Shown here piece by piece: positions 1-11,304 of a stretch of 64,000 nucleotides of DNA. The stretch covers positions 3,660,001 through 3,724,000 of the forward strand of contig CM075994.1 in assembly GCA_038087875.1 (NCBI GenBank). Reading direction: 5' to 3'. Under the pieces are notes generated by a model. That model saw only the letters and a program-made list of their open reading frames with translations. It was not told where the DNA came from and ran no database searches. Origin of the DNA: Malacoraja senta (lineage: Eukaryota). Position 1 is the stretch's first letter. The number at the start of each line of letters is the position of its first letter. The translations under genes and the position numbers were made by a program.

Positions 1-61
1 TGAGCAATGATGTGCCTACCTTTCCATCATTGCAGCCCAGATTCACTGAAGATCCCTCTCA

Positions 62-450
62 TGAGAGTTTTGTGCATGAAAATGTAATTAAGCTGGAGAG
101 GGTGCAGAAAAGAATCACGTGGATGTTGCTGGGACTGACGGGATTGAGTTATGAGGAGACTGAATAGGCTGGGACTGTATTTCCTGGAACAAACGAGGCC
201 GAGCATCATTTATAAACACAAGATAAGATGGATTGCCATTGTCCTTTCCGCCGGACACGGGGGTCTAAAGCTAAAATACATACCTTTTGTTTGAGATGGC
301 AACACTTTAAAGGGGACACGAGGGCCAAGTTTTTTCACACAGACTATGGATGCATTTGAAACAACCAGCCAGGGTACGTAGTAGAGGTGAGTACAGTTAC
401 AATGTTTGAACGACATTTAGACAGGTACCTGAATAGGGAAGGTTTAGGCG
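62..450 (+). mobile_element. Degenerate CR1 LINE 3' fragment
   Basis: Resembles the CR1 ORF2 C-terminal region (aagctggagagggtgcagaaaaga...atgttgctgggactg...agttatgaggag) of better-preserved copies in the window. Confidence 0.6.
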
Positions 451-474
451 GCTAGTTCATCAGTTCCTAAGTTT

Positions 475-917
475 TTGGAGTAGAATTGGGTTATTCGGTG
501 CATCATTTCCACTCCGCCATTCAATCCAGGGTGGTCTATCTTTTCCTCTCAACTCCATTCTCCTCCCTTCTCCCCAGAAGCATTGACTCCATAAATAAAT
601 TAATAATCTGCAATTTCTTCATTAAAAAATTCCATTGACTAGGTATCGACAGCCGTCTGTGGCAATGAATTCCACAGATTCGCCACCCTCTGGCAAAATA
701 AATTCCTCCTCATGATGTTTCTAAGGTGCACACTTGTATTCTGAGGCTAGACTCGCCCACTAATGGAAACTTCCTCTCCGTATCCAATGAATCCAGGCCT
801 TTCATTATTCAATGAGTTTAGACAAAAGACAATAGACAATGGGTGCAGAAGTAGGCCATTCGTTCCTTCGAGGCAGCACCGCCATTCAATGTGATCATAG
901 CTGATCATCCACAATCA
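475..917 (-). mobile_element. Two adjacent CR1 3'-end fragments
   Basis: Reverse-complement CR1 3' UTR (gccattcaat...gaattccacagatt) at 475-817; second tail with agacaat repeats at about 818-917. Confidence 0.7.
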
Positions 918-924
918 AACCATA

Positions 925-3900
925 TAGGCCAACGTCAGGCAACGCCATTGTAGTTGGAGACTCCATTGTGAGAGGTACGGACAAGGGTTTCTGCGGCAAC
1001 AGACGGGATTCGAGGATGGTGTGCTGCCTTCCTGGTGCCAGGATCCAGGATGCCACGGACAGAGTGCAGAAAATCCTCAAGGGCGAAGGTGAACAGCCAG
1101 AAGTGGTAGTGCATGTCGGCACAAACGATGTCGGAAAGAAGGGGATGAATATTCTGCAGAGTGACTATAGAGAGCTCGGAAAAATGCTGACAAGCAGGAC
1201 CTCCAGGTTTGTTATCTCCGGTTTGCTTCCAGTTCCTCGTGCTGGCGAGAGCAGGAACAGGGAAATACGAGACCTGAATGTGTGGCTGAGGAACTGGTGC
1301 AGGGGGCAGGGATTTAGATTCTTAGACCAATGGGATCTGTTTTGGAGTAAGGGGCAACTGTACAAATGGGGCGGATTGCATTTCAACAGGTGGGGGACCA
1401 TCATTCTGGCAGGCAGGTTTGCCACTGCCACACGGGTGATTTTAAACTGAATAAGGGGGGATGGGTGTCAAATGGGATAGTCGAGGAATGAGTTAAAGGG
1501 AAAGGGAGTAAAGTGATGGTTAATGACCCCAGAATTAACGGGAAAGGAAGCTCACAAAGGGATAGGAGAGTACGGCCAAGTGTAATAGGGATCGATGTGA
1601 AAGGTGAGATGCGTAAAGAATTAAAGTTATTGTATATGAATGCGCGGAATAAGAAGTAAAGTAGATGAGCTTGAGGCTCAGTTAGAGGTTGGTAGATATG
1701 ATATTGTGGGGATTACTGAGACATGGCTGCAGGAGGATCGGACATGGGAACTTAATATTCAGGGTTATACATCCTATAGGGGGTGGGGGTAGATCTGCTG
1801 GTGAGGGATGGAATTCAGTCCCTTGCGAGGGAAGACATATGGACTGACGAGGTAGAGTAACTGTGGATTGAGTTGAGGAATTGTAAAGGCAAGAAGACAC
1901 TAATTGGTGTTATTTACAGACCCCCAAATAGTAGCCCGGATGTAGGGTGTAAGTTGCAGCAGCAGTTAAAACTGGCATGTAACAAAGGTAATGCCACTGT
2001 GGTGATGGGGGATTTCAAAATGCAGGTAGACTGGGAAAATCAGGTTGGTTCAGGACCCCAAGAAAGGGTGTTTGTAGAATGCCTCCGAGATGGATTCATA
2101 GAACAGCTTGTAATGGAGCCGACCAGAGAAAAGGCAATTCTGGATTTAGTGTTGTCCAATGAACCAGATATTATAAGTGAACTGGAGGTAAAGGAGGTAG
2201 TGATCATAATATCATTAGTTTTAATCAGTAATTTGAGAAGGAGAACGTTAAATCGGAAGTGGCAGTGATGCAGTTGAACAAAGGGGATTATGAAGGCATG
2301 AGAGGGGGGCTGGCCAAAGACTGGAATGGGGTCTAGCAGGAATGACGGTGGAACAGCAATGGCAGGAATTTCTGGGCATAATCCGGGAGACGCAGGATCA
2401 TTTCATTCCAAAAAGGAAGAAATATTCTAAGGGGAGTAGGAGGCAACCGTGGCTGACAAGAGAAGTTAGGTATTGAATAAAAGTAAAAGAAAAGATGTAT
2501 AACACAGCAAAGAGTAATCGGAAGCCAGACGATTGGGATACTTTCATAGAACAACAGAAGGAAACAAAACGGGCAATACGGGCTGAAAAGATGAAGTACG
2601 ATGGGAAGCTGGCCAGGAATATAAAGAAGGACAGTAAAAGCTTCTTTAGATATATTAAGGGAAAAAGAGTAGCAAAGTCAAATGTGGGTCCCGTGAAGGC
2701 AGACACGGGTGAAATTATCATGGGCAACAAGGAAATGGCAGAAGACTTGAATAGGTACTTCGGATCTGTCTTCACTAAGGAAGACACAAACAATCTCCCA
2801 GATGTACTGGAGGACAGAGGGTCTAAGGGGTTAGTGGAACTGAAATAAATTTTAATTAGGCGAGAAATAGTATTGGTAGGCTAATTGGACTGAAGGATGA
2901 TAAATCCCCTGAGCCTGATGGTCTGCATCACAGGGTCCTCAGGGAGGTGGCTCTAGAAATAGTGGACGCATTAGTGATCATTTTTCAATGTTCAATAGAT
3001 TCAGGATCAGTTCCTGTGGATTGGAGGATAGCGAATGTTATCCCACTTTTCAAGAAAGGAGCGAGAGAGAAAACGGGGAATTATAGACCTGTCAGCCTGA
3101 CTTCGGTGGTGGGAAAGATGCTGGAGTCAATTATTAAATATGTAATAATGGGGCATTTGAATAGTAGCAAAAGGATTAGTCCAAGTCAACATGGATTTAT
3201 GAAAGGGAAATCATGCTTGACTAATCTTCTGGAACTTTTTGAGGATGTGACAAGTAAAATGGATGAATGGGGTGCCAGTGGATGTAGTGTATCTAGACTT
3301 TCATAAAGCGTTTGATAAGGTCCCGCACGGGAGACTGGTGACAAAAATTAGAGCACATGGTATTGGGGGTAGAGTGTTGACATTAATAGAAAATTGGTTG
3401 GCAGACCGGAAGCAAAGAGTAGGAGTGAACGGGTGCTTTTCAGAATGGCAGGCAGTGGCGAGTGGAGTGCCGCAAGGCTCGGTGTTGGGGCCGCAACTGT
3501 TTACCATATATATTAATGATTTGGAAGAGGGAATTAGGAGCAACACTAGCAAGTTTGCGGATGACACAAAGCTGGGTTGCAGTGTGAACTGTGAAGAGGA
3601 TGTTCGGAGGTTGCAGGGTGACCTGGACATGTTGAGTGAGTGGGCAGATGCGTGGCAGATGCAGTATAATATGGATAAATGTGAGGTTATCCACTTTGGC
3701 GGCAAAAACAAGGGGGCAGATTATTATCTCAGTGGGGTTAGGTTAGGTAAGGGGGGGGGGTGCAGCGAGACCTGGGTGTCCTTGTACACCGGTCGCTGAA
3801 ATTTGTAGTGCAGGTACAGCAGGCAGATAAGAAACCTAATGGAATGTTAACCTTCATAACAAGAGGATTTCAGTATAGGAGTAAAAAGGTTCTTCTGCAG

Positions 3901-4480
3901 TTGTATAGGGCTCTGGTGAGACCACATCTGGAGTATTGTGTACAGTTTTGGTCTCCTAATTTGAGGAAGGACATCCTTGTGGTTGAGGCAGTGCAGCATA
4001 GGTTCACGAGATTGATCCCTGTGATGGCGGGACTGTCATATGAGGAAAGAATGAAAATACTAGGCTTGTATTCACTGGAGTTTAGAAGGATGAGGGGTGA
4101 TCTAATAGAAACAGATAACATTATAAAAGGACTGGACAAGCTAGATGCAGGAAAAACGTTCCCAATGTTGGGCGAGTCCAGAACCAGGGGCCACAGTCTT
4201 AGAATAAAGGGGAGGTAATTTAAGACTGAGGTGAGAAAAAACGTTTTCACCCAGAGAGTTGTGAATTTATGGAATTCCCTGCCACAGAGTGCAGTGGAGG
4301 CCAAATCACTGGATGGATTTAAGAGAGAGTTAGATAGAGCTCCAGGGGCTAGTGACGTCAAGGGATATGGGGAGAAGGCAGGCACGGGTTATTGATAGGG
4401 GACGATCAGCCATGATCACAATAAATGGCGGTGCTGGCTCGAAGGGCCGAATGGCCTCCTCCTGCACCTATTTTCTATGT
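925..4480 (+). mobile_element. CR1 LINE, 5'-truncated within ORF1; esterase ORF1 plus APE endonuclease/RT ORF2 broken by frameshifts and stops
   Basis: GDSIVRG...HVGTND SGNH esterase (to 1450); LYMNAR, GVIYRPP, VMGDF, NYRPVSLTSV, YLDFxKAFDKV, GVPQGSVLGP, KFADDTK; 3' UTR ending cctgcacctattttctatgt. Confidence 0.95.
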
Positions 4481-5226
4481 AATCAGTACCCCGTTCCTGC
4501 CTGCTCTCCATATCCCTTAACTCCGCTATCCATAAGAGCTCTATAAAATTCTCTCTTGAAATCATCCAAAGAACCAGCCTCCAACTGAGGCAGGTAATTC
4601 CACACACTGTGTAACTTTCGGATAGTATGGGCGATTTTGGGCGACGGGGGTTTTATAGTGCGCTCTATCTCTGTGACTTGATTGGGGATGGGGATGTGAG
4701 GCCTACATTCGTCAAAGTTTAACGAAAAAGATAATCCTATTACGGGTGTCAGTGGTTATGGGGAGAAGACCGGAGAATGGGGTTTGGAGGGAAAATCTGA
4801 TCAGCCATGAGGGAATGGGGGAGTAGACTTAGTTGGTCGAATGGCCTAATTCTGCTCCTATTGCTTATGACATTATTAAAAGATATATAAATTCGATTAT
4901 TTGCCACAATAGACGACCGGAGGATATATGGAGATGGATCAGAATTATCATATAACGTGCACACGATATCGGTTAACGGAAATGGGAAATTTCCACACTC
5001 GAAGTATTGTAAAATTCCCGAATCCTTTAACCTAAGCGACTGCGATAACTCACTCGCTGTGTATTCTCACGGTTTCGCTGGATAGATGTCAATACATTAA
5101 GGGCATTAAAAATGTGAATATGCAATGAGGTTGAAGTGACCCCAATAGGTAGATTTGATGTCGTTAAGTGGAAGAGCCGTCCGGAGGGGCGGTGTGCACT
5201 ACTTTCGTTTCTATTTGTAGAATTCA

Positions 5227-5360
5227 GAAACTGCAGATGCTGGTTAACAAAAATAAATAACCTTCTTACGTCTTAGTCTGAAGATGGGTCCCGACCCGAA
5301 ACGTCACCTCTCTATGCTCCGTAGCGATTCTGCCTCACGCGCTAAACTCCAGAACGTTGA
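5227..5360 (+). mobile_element. Penelope-like pLTR-derived repeat
   Basis: gaaactgcagatgctgg...ctgaagatgggtcccgacccgaaacgtcacc; same family recurs at about 24.2, 24.9, 28.4, 32.4, 42.9, 43.7 and 47.9 kb, and one copy flanks a GIY-YIG remnant. Confidence 0.7.
5276..5307 (+). ncRNA. Minimal type I hammerhead ribozyme core
   Basis: CTGAAGA (5278-5284), stem II GGGTC-cc-GACCC, GAAA, palindromic ACGT, GTC cleavage triplet; stem I is only about 2 bp. Confidence 0.55.
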
Positions 5361-5533
5361 TCTTATTTTTGTCTCAATTCCCTTTGTTCTCCTGGGGACA
5401 TACTTCACGGATGTAAGAGGGGTTACTTCTGTATATACAATCTTCTCGTGAACTTGGGTAATTGTCTGAAATACATAGACACTAAAAAATAGTTTAAAAC
5501 TACACGGGTGGGTTTAAAATAAAAGATAAGACA

Positions 5534-5720
5534 GATAAATCCCCAGGGCCTGATGGTCTGAATCCCAGGGTACTCAAGGAATGAAATTCAGTTCCTTGCG
5601 ATGGGTGACATAGAATCAGGAGATGCAGAGTCAGTATGGATAGAACTGATGATTCAACGGCTAAAAAGAGCCTAATGGGAATTATCTGCAGACCCCCAAA
5701 ACAGAAGTCTGGATATAGTT
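5534..5720 (+). mobile_element. Chimeric CR1 fragment (pre-RT piece fused to endonuclease piece)
   Basis: gataaatccccagggcctgatggt...gtactcaAGGAAtgaaattcagt; the two pieces join at a shared AGGAA. Confidence 0.6.
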
Positions 5721-6104
5721 CAAATCGAGTTAACAGAGCCTCCGTGGATTTTGAAGAAACAGCAGCAAAGAGAAGCAGGAAAAAACACTGATTGGCTCTA
5801 GCCCGAGTGGTAGGAGAGTTAGAAGTGAGTCAGAGGGAGAAAACCGTTTAAAAAGAGAGGCACAACACAGACAGACTTAACTCAGAGTTCCCGTGGATTT
5901 TGAAGAAACAGCAGCTAAGAGATGCAGGAAAAAACACTAATTGGCTCTACCCGAATGGGAGGAGAGTTAGAAGTGAGCCAGAGGGGGGAAACAGTTTAAA
6001 ACTGAGGAATTTGGTTTGAAAATTGGTATATTGGTAAATTAGGCAATTTATCAGTCAATATAAGCTAGACGGCTCATAGGGAGAGGACGAAACGAGGTGA
6101 ACAC

Positions 6105-7028
6105 ATGTCGGGGCAGATGAGACAGTGTGTGGCTTGCAGAATGTGGGAGCCCAGGGACACGGATGGAGCCTCTGGCTGCTACAACTGTGGCAAGTGCGTC
6201 CAGCTTCAGCTCCTGAAGGACCGTGTTGGGGCACTGGAGAAGCAGCTGGATGACCTCTGGGCCATCCGGGAAAACGAGTTTCCTGGACAGGACCTACAGT
6301 GAGGTAGTCACGCCGAGGTGTCACGCCGAAGAACCAAGGTGTGTGACGGAGAGAAAGGGTGGAAATCGTGTAGTGCAGAAAACCCAGGTGGCTGTGCCTA
6401 ATGAAAACAGGTACGCCCTCTTGGGAACTGTCCGGGGAGACGAGGTTTCCAGTCCGAGCGGCGTACACGTCGGTGGCTCCAATCCTGGAGATGGGACTCG
6501 ACCGGCGAGACCGACGTCGTGCAGAGCCCTAGTGGTAGGTGACTCCATTGTCCGAGGAGCGGACAGGAGATTCTGTGGCGGCAGAGGAGATGCGAGGATG
6601 GTCTGTTGCCTCCCTGGTGCCAGGGTTCAGGATGTCACGTGCAGAATTCAGAACATCCTCGTGAGAGAAGGCGATCAGCCGGCTGTAGTTGTGCACGTAG
6701 GCACGAACGACATCGCGAAGAAGAGGAAGGAGGTTCTCCAACATGAGTTCAGAGACTTGGGGGGAAGACTGAAATGCTGGACTTCTAGGGTGGTTTTCTC
6801 TAGATTACTTCCAGTACCTCGTGCGAGTGAGGACAGGAACAGGGAGATAGGGGTTCTGAATGTGTGTGAGGGGCTGGAGCCGGGAGCAAGGATTTAGATT
6901 TATAGACCTATCGGATCCCTTCTGGGCTATGTGTGACCTGTACACAAGGGATGGGTTATACCTTAACTGGAGGGGGACCGACATTCTGGCAGGCAGGTTT
7001 GCGAGGGCTACACGTGTGGGTTTAAACT
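6105..7028 (+). pseudogene. CR1 ORF1: zinc-finger/leucine-zipper plus SGNH esterase (frameshifted)
   Basis: CVAC...CGKC followed by LQLLKDRVGALEKQLDDL; GDSIVRG, HVGTND, DGLYLN. Confidence 0.88.
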
Positions 7029-8478
7029 ACATAGTGTGTGGGGGGGGGGGGAGCGATTGACACATTGTGAGTATAAAGATGGAGTTGAGGGGGAAATGAC
7101 TACAGGGAAAATTACAAAAGATTCTCGAATTAATGGGAAGGAAAGCTCGAGAAGCGACAACAGAGTAAGGCCAGGGCCAATTGCGAGCGGTGCGATGGGG
7201 GGGGGGGGGTGAATACGGCGGTCAAAGTGTTGTATATGAATGCGCGAAGTATAAGGAATTAAGTGAACGATCTTGAGGCTCAGTTAGAAACTGGCAAGTA
7301 TGATGATGTGGGAATTACTGAGACATGGCTGCAACAGGGCCAGGGCTGGGAACTGAATATTCAAGGGTATACCTCCTATCGAAAAGACAGACAGGTAGGC
7401 AGAGGGGGTGTGGTTGCTCTGTTGGTGAGGAATGAAATTCAGTCCCTTGCAAGGTGCGACATTGAAACAGGAGATGTGGAGTCAGTATGGATAGAACTAA
7501 GGAACTGTAAGGGTAAAAATACTCTAATGGGACTAAACTACAGGCCCCCCAAACAGTAGCCTGTACATACGGCGCAAGTTGAAACAGGAGTTAAAATTGT
7601 CATGTAGCAAAAGTAATGCTGTGGTTGTTATGGGAGATTTCAACATGCAGGTAGACTGGGAAAATCAGGTTGGTACTGGACCCCAAGAAAGGGACTTTGT
7701 AGAGTGCCTTCGTGATGAATTCTTAGAACAGCTTGTACTGGAGCCTTCCAGGGGGAAGGCAATTCTGGATTATATTTATGTAATGAACCGGATTTGAGAA
7801 AGGACCTCGAGGTTATTGAGCCATTAGGAGGTAGTGACCATAACATGGTCAGGTTTTATTTGCAAGAGGGAGAAGGGTAGATCGGAGGTGTCAGTGTTAC
7901 AGTTGAATAAAAGGGTCTCTGGGGCCATGAGGGAGGAGCTGGCAATAGTTGACTGGAAAAATAAACTAGCAGGCATCATAGTGGAACAAAAATAGCAGGT
8001 ATTGCTAGGATTAATAGAGAAGGTGCAGGATCAGTTCATTCCTAGGAGGAAGAAAGATTCCAAGGGGAGAAAGGGGCGACCATGTTTGACAAGGGACGTC
8101 AGGGACAGTATAAAAATGAAAGCGAAGATGTACAACGTAGCAAAGATGAGCGGGAAGCAAGAGGATTGGGTAATGTTTAAAGAACAACACAAGATAACCA
8201 AAAAGACAATACGGCGAGAAAAGATGAAGTACGAAGGTAAGCTAGCCAAGAATATAAAGCAGGATAGTAAAAGCTTCTATAGGTATGAGAAGAGGAAAAA
8301 AATAGTTAAGACCAAAGTTGGACCCTTGAAGATTGAAAAAGGTGAATTTATTATGGGGAACAAGGAAATGGCAGATGAGTTGAACAGGTACTTTGGATCT
8401 GTCTTCACTAAGGAGGACACAAATAATCTTCCTAATATAGTAGACGCCAGATTATCTGGGGTGACAGAGGAACTGAAG

Positions 8479-9714
8479 AGGTTACTCGGGAAATTGGTGA
8501 GGGTAAAGCCGTGGATGTAGTATATATGGACTTCAGTAAGGCCTTTGACAAGGTTCCTCACGGAAGGTTGGTTAAGAAGGTTCAATGGTTGGGTATTAAT
8601 GGTATAGTAGCAAGATGGATTCAACAGTGGCTGAATGGGAGATGCCAGAGAGTAATGGTGGATGGTTGTTTGTCAGGTTGGAGGCCAGTGACTAATGGGG
8701 TGCCACAGGGATCTGTGTTGGGTCCACTGTTGTTTGTCATGTACATCAATGATCTGGATGATGGTGTGGTAAATTGGATTAGTAAGTATGCAGATGATAC
8801 TAAGATAGGTGGGGCTGTGGATAATGAAGTAGATTTTCAAAGTCTACAGAGAGATTTAAGCCGGTTGGAAGAGTGGGCTGAAGGATGGCAGATGGAGTTT
8901 AATGCTGATAAGTGTGAGGTGCTACACCTTGGCAGGACAAATCAAAATAGGACGTACATGGTAAATGGTAGGGAATTGAAGAATGCAGGTGAACAGAGGG
9001 ATCTTGGAATAACTGTGCACAGTTCCCTGAAAGTGGAATCTCATGTAGATAGGGTGGTAAAGAAAGCTTTTGGTGTGCTGGCTTTTATAAATCAGAGCAT
9101 TGATATAGAAGTTGGGATGTAATGTTAAAATTGTACAAGGCATTGGTGAGGCCAATTCTGGAGTATGGTGTACAATTTTGGTCGCCTAATTATAGGAAGC
9201 ATGTCAATAAAATAGAGAGAGTACAGAGGAGATTTACTAGAATGTTGCCTGGGTTTCAGCAACTAAGTTACAGAGAAAGGTTGAACAAGTTAGGGCTTTA
9301 TTCTTTGGAGCGCAGAAGGTTAAGGGGGGACTTGATAGAGGTCTTTAAAATGATGAGAGGGATAGACAGAGTTGACGTGGATAAGCTTTTCCCACTGAGA
9401 GTAGGGAAGATTCAAACAAGGGGACATGACTTGAGAATTAAGGGACAGAAGTTTAGGGGTAACATGAGGGGGAACTTCTTTACTCAGAGAGTGGTGGCTG
9501 TGCGGAATGAGCTTCCAGTGAAGGTGGTGGAGGCAGGTTCGTTTTTATCATTTGAAAATGAATTGGATAGTTATATGGACGGGAAAGGAATGGAGGGTTA
9601 TGGTCTGAGCGCGGGTATATGGGACTGGGGGAGAATACGTGTTCGGCACGGACGAGAAGGGTCGAGATGGCCTGTTTCCGTGCTGTAATTGTTATATGGT
9701 TATATGGTTATATG
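8479..9714 (+). mobile_element. Nested younger CR1 subfamily (KYADDTK type), 5'-truncated
   Basis: Host reads gaggaactgaag|insert|aatgaaatccacattagg (contiguous in the copy at about 39070); tail (gttatatg)n. Confidence 0.9.
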
Positions 9715-11304
9715 AATGAAATCCACATTAGGCAATAAATTGTGTTGGATAGACTGATGGGACTGAAGACTGATAAATCCCCAGGGCCTGATGGTATGCA
9801 TCCCAGGGTACTTAAGGAAGTGACTCTAGACATGTTGGATGAATTGGTGATAATTTTCCAATGTTCTATAGACTCAGGATCAGTTCCTGTGGATTGGAGG
9901 GTAGCTAATGTTATCCCACTTTTTAAGAAAGGCGGGTGAGAGAAAACAGGGAATTATAGACCAGTTAGCCTGACATCGGTGGTGGGGAAGATGCTGGAGT
10001 CAATTATAAAAGATATGATACGAAACGGAAATCATGCTTGACTAATCTTCTGGAATTTTTTGAAGATGAAACTTGGAAAATTGATAAGGGAGAGCCAGTG
10101 GACGTAGTGTACCTGGACTTTCAGAAAGCATTTGATAAGGCTCCACATGGGAGATTAGTGGGTAAAATTAGGGCACATGGTATTGGGGGTAGAGTGCTGA
10201 CATGGATAGAGAAGTGGTTGGCAGACAGGAAACAACGAGTAGTGATTAATGGGTCCCATTCAGAATGGCATGCAGTGACTAATGGAGTATCGCAAGGACC
10301 GGTGCTGGGACCGCAGCTATTTACAATATACATCAATGATTTGGATGAAGGGGTTCAAAGTAACATTAGTAAATTTACAGATGACACAAAGCTGGGTGGC
10401 AGTGTGAACTGTGAGGATGATGCTAGGAGAATGCAGGGTGACTTGGACATGTTGGGGGAGTGGGCAGATGCATGGCAGATGAAGGTTAATGCGGAGAAAT
10501 GTGAGGTTATCCACTTTGGTAGCAAAAATAGGAAGGCAGATTACTATCTAAATGGCGTCTAGTTGGGAATAGGGGAAGTACAACGGGATCTGGGGGGGGG
10601 TCCTTGTTCATCAGCCTATGAAAGTAAGCATGCAGGTACAACAGGCAGTGAAGAAAGAGAATGGTATGTTGGCCTTTATAACAAGTGGAATCGAATATAG
10701 GAGCAAAGAGGTCCCTCTGCGTCGTACAGAGCCCCAGTGAGACCACACCTGGAGTATTGTGTGCAGTTTTGGCCCGCTTGTTTGAGGAAGGACATTCTTG
10801 CTATTGAGGGAGTGCAGCGTAGGCTTACAAGGTTAATTCCCGGGATGGTGGTACTGTCATATGCTGAGAGAATGGAGCAGCTGGGCTTGTACACTTTTGA
10901 GTTTAAAAGGATGAGAGGCTATCTCATTGAAACATATAAGGTTTGGACACGCTAGAGGCAGGAAACATGTTACCGATCTTGGGGGAGTCCAGAACCAGGG
11001 GCCACAGTTTAAGAATAAGGAGTAAGCCATTTAGAACGGAGACGAGGAAACACGTTTTCTCACAGAGAGTGGTGAGTCTGTGGAATTCTCAGCCTCAGGG
11101 GCCGGTGGAGGCAGGTTCTCTGGATGCTTTCAAGAGAGTGTTAGATAGGGCTCTTAAAAATAGCGGAGTCCGGTGATTTGGAGAGAAGGCAGGAACGGGG
11201 TACTGATTGGGGACGATCAGGCATGATCACATTGAATGGCGGTGCTGGCTCGAAGGGCCGAATGGCCTACTCCTGCACCTATTGTCTATTGTCTATCGTC
11301 TATT

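Larger units (their letters stand above)
5734..11303 (+). mobile_element. Full-length but decayed CR1 LINE (5' UTR monomers, ORF1, ORF2), interrupted by a nested CR1
   Basis: ORF1 from 6105; ORF2 VLYMNAR from about 7225; RT motifs at 9742-10562; tail (tattgtc)n at about 11280-11303. Confidence 0.92.

Noticed and set aside
2398..4385. Minus-strand ORFs overlapping CR1 ORF2 (also at 8-12 and 38-40 kb)
   Set aside because: Antisense shadows of RT coding sequence.
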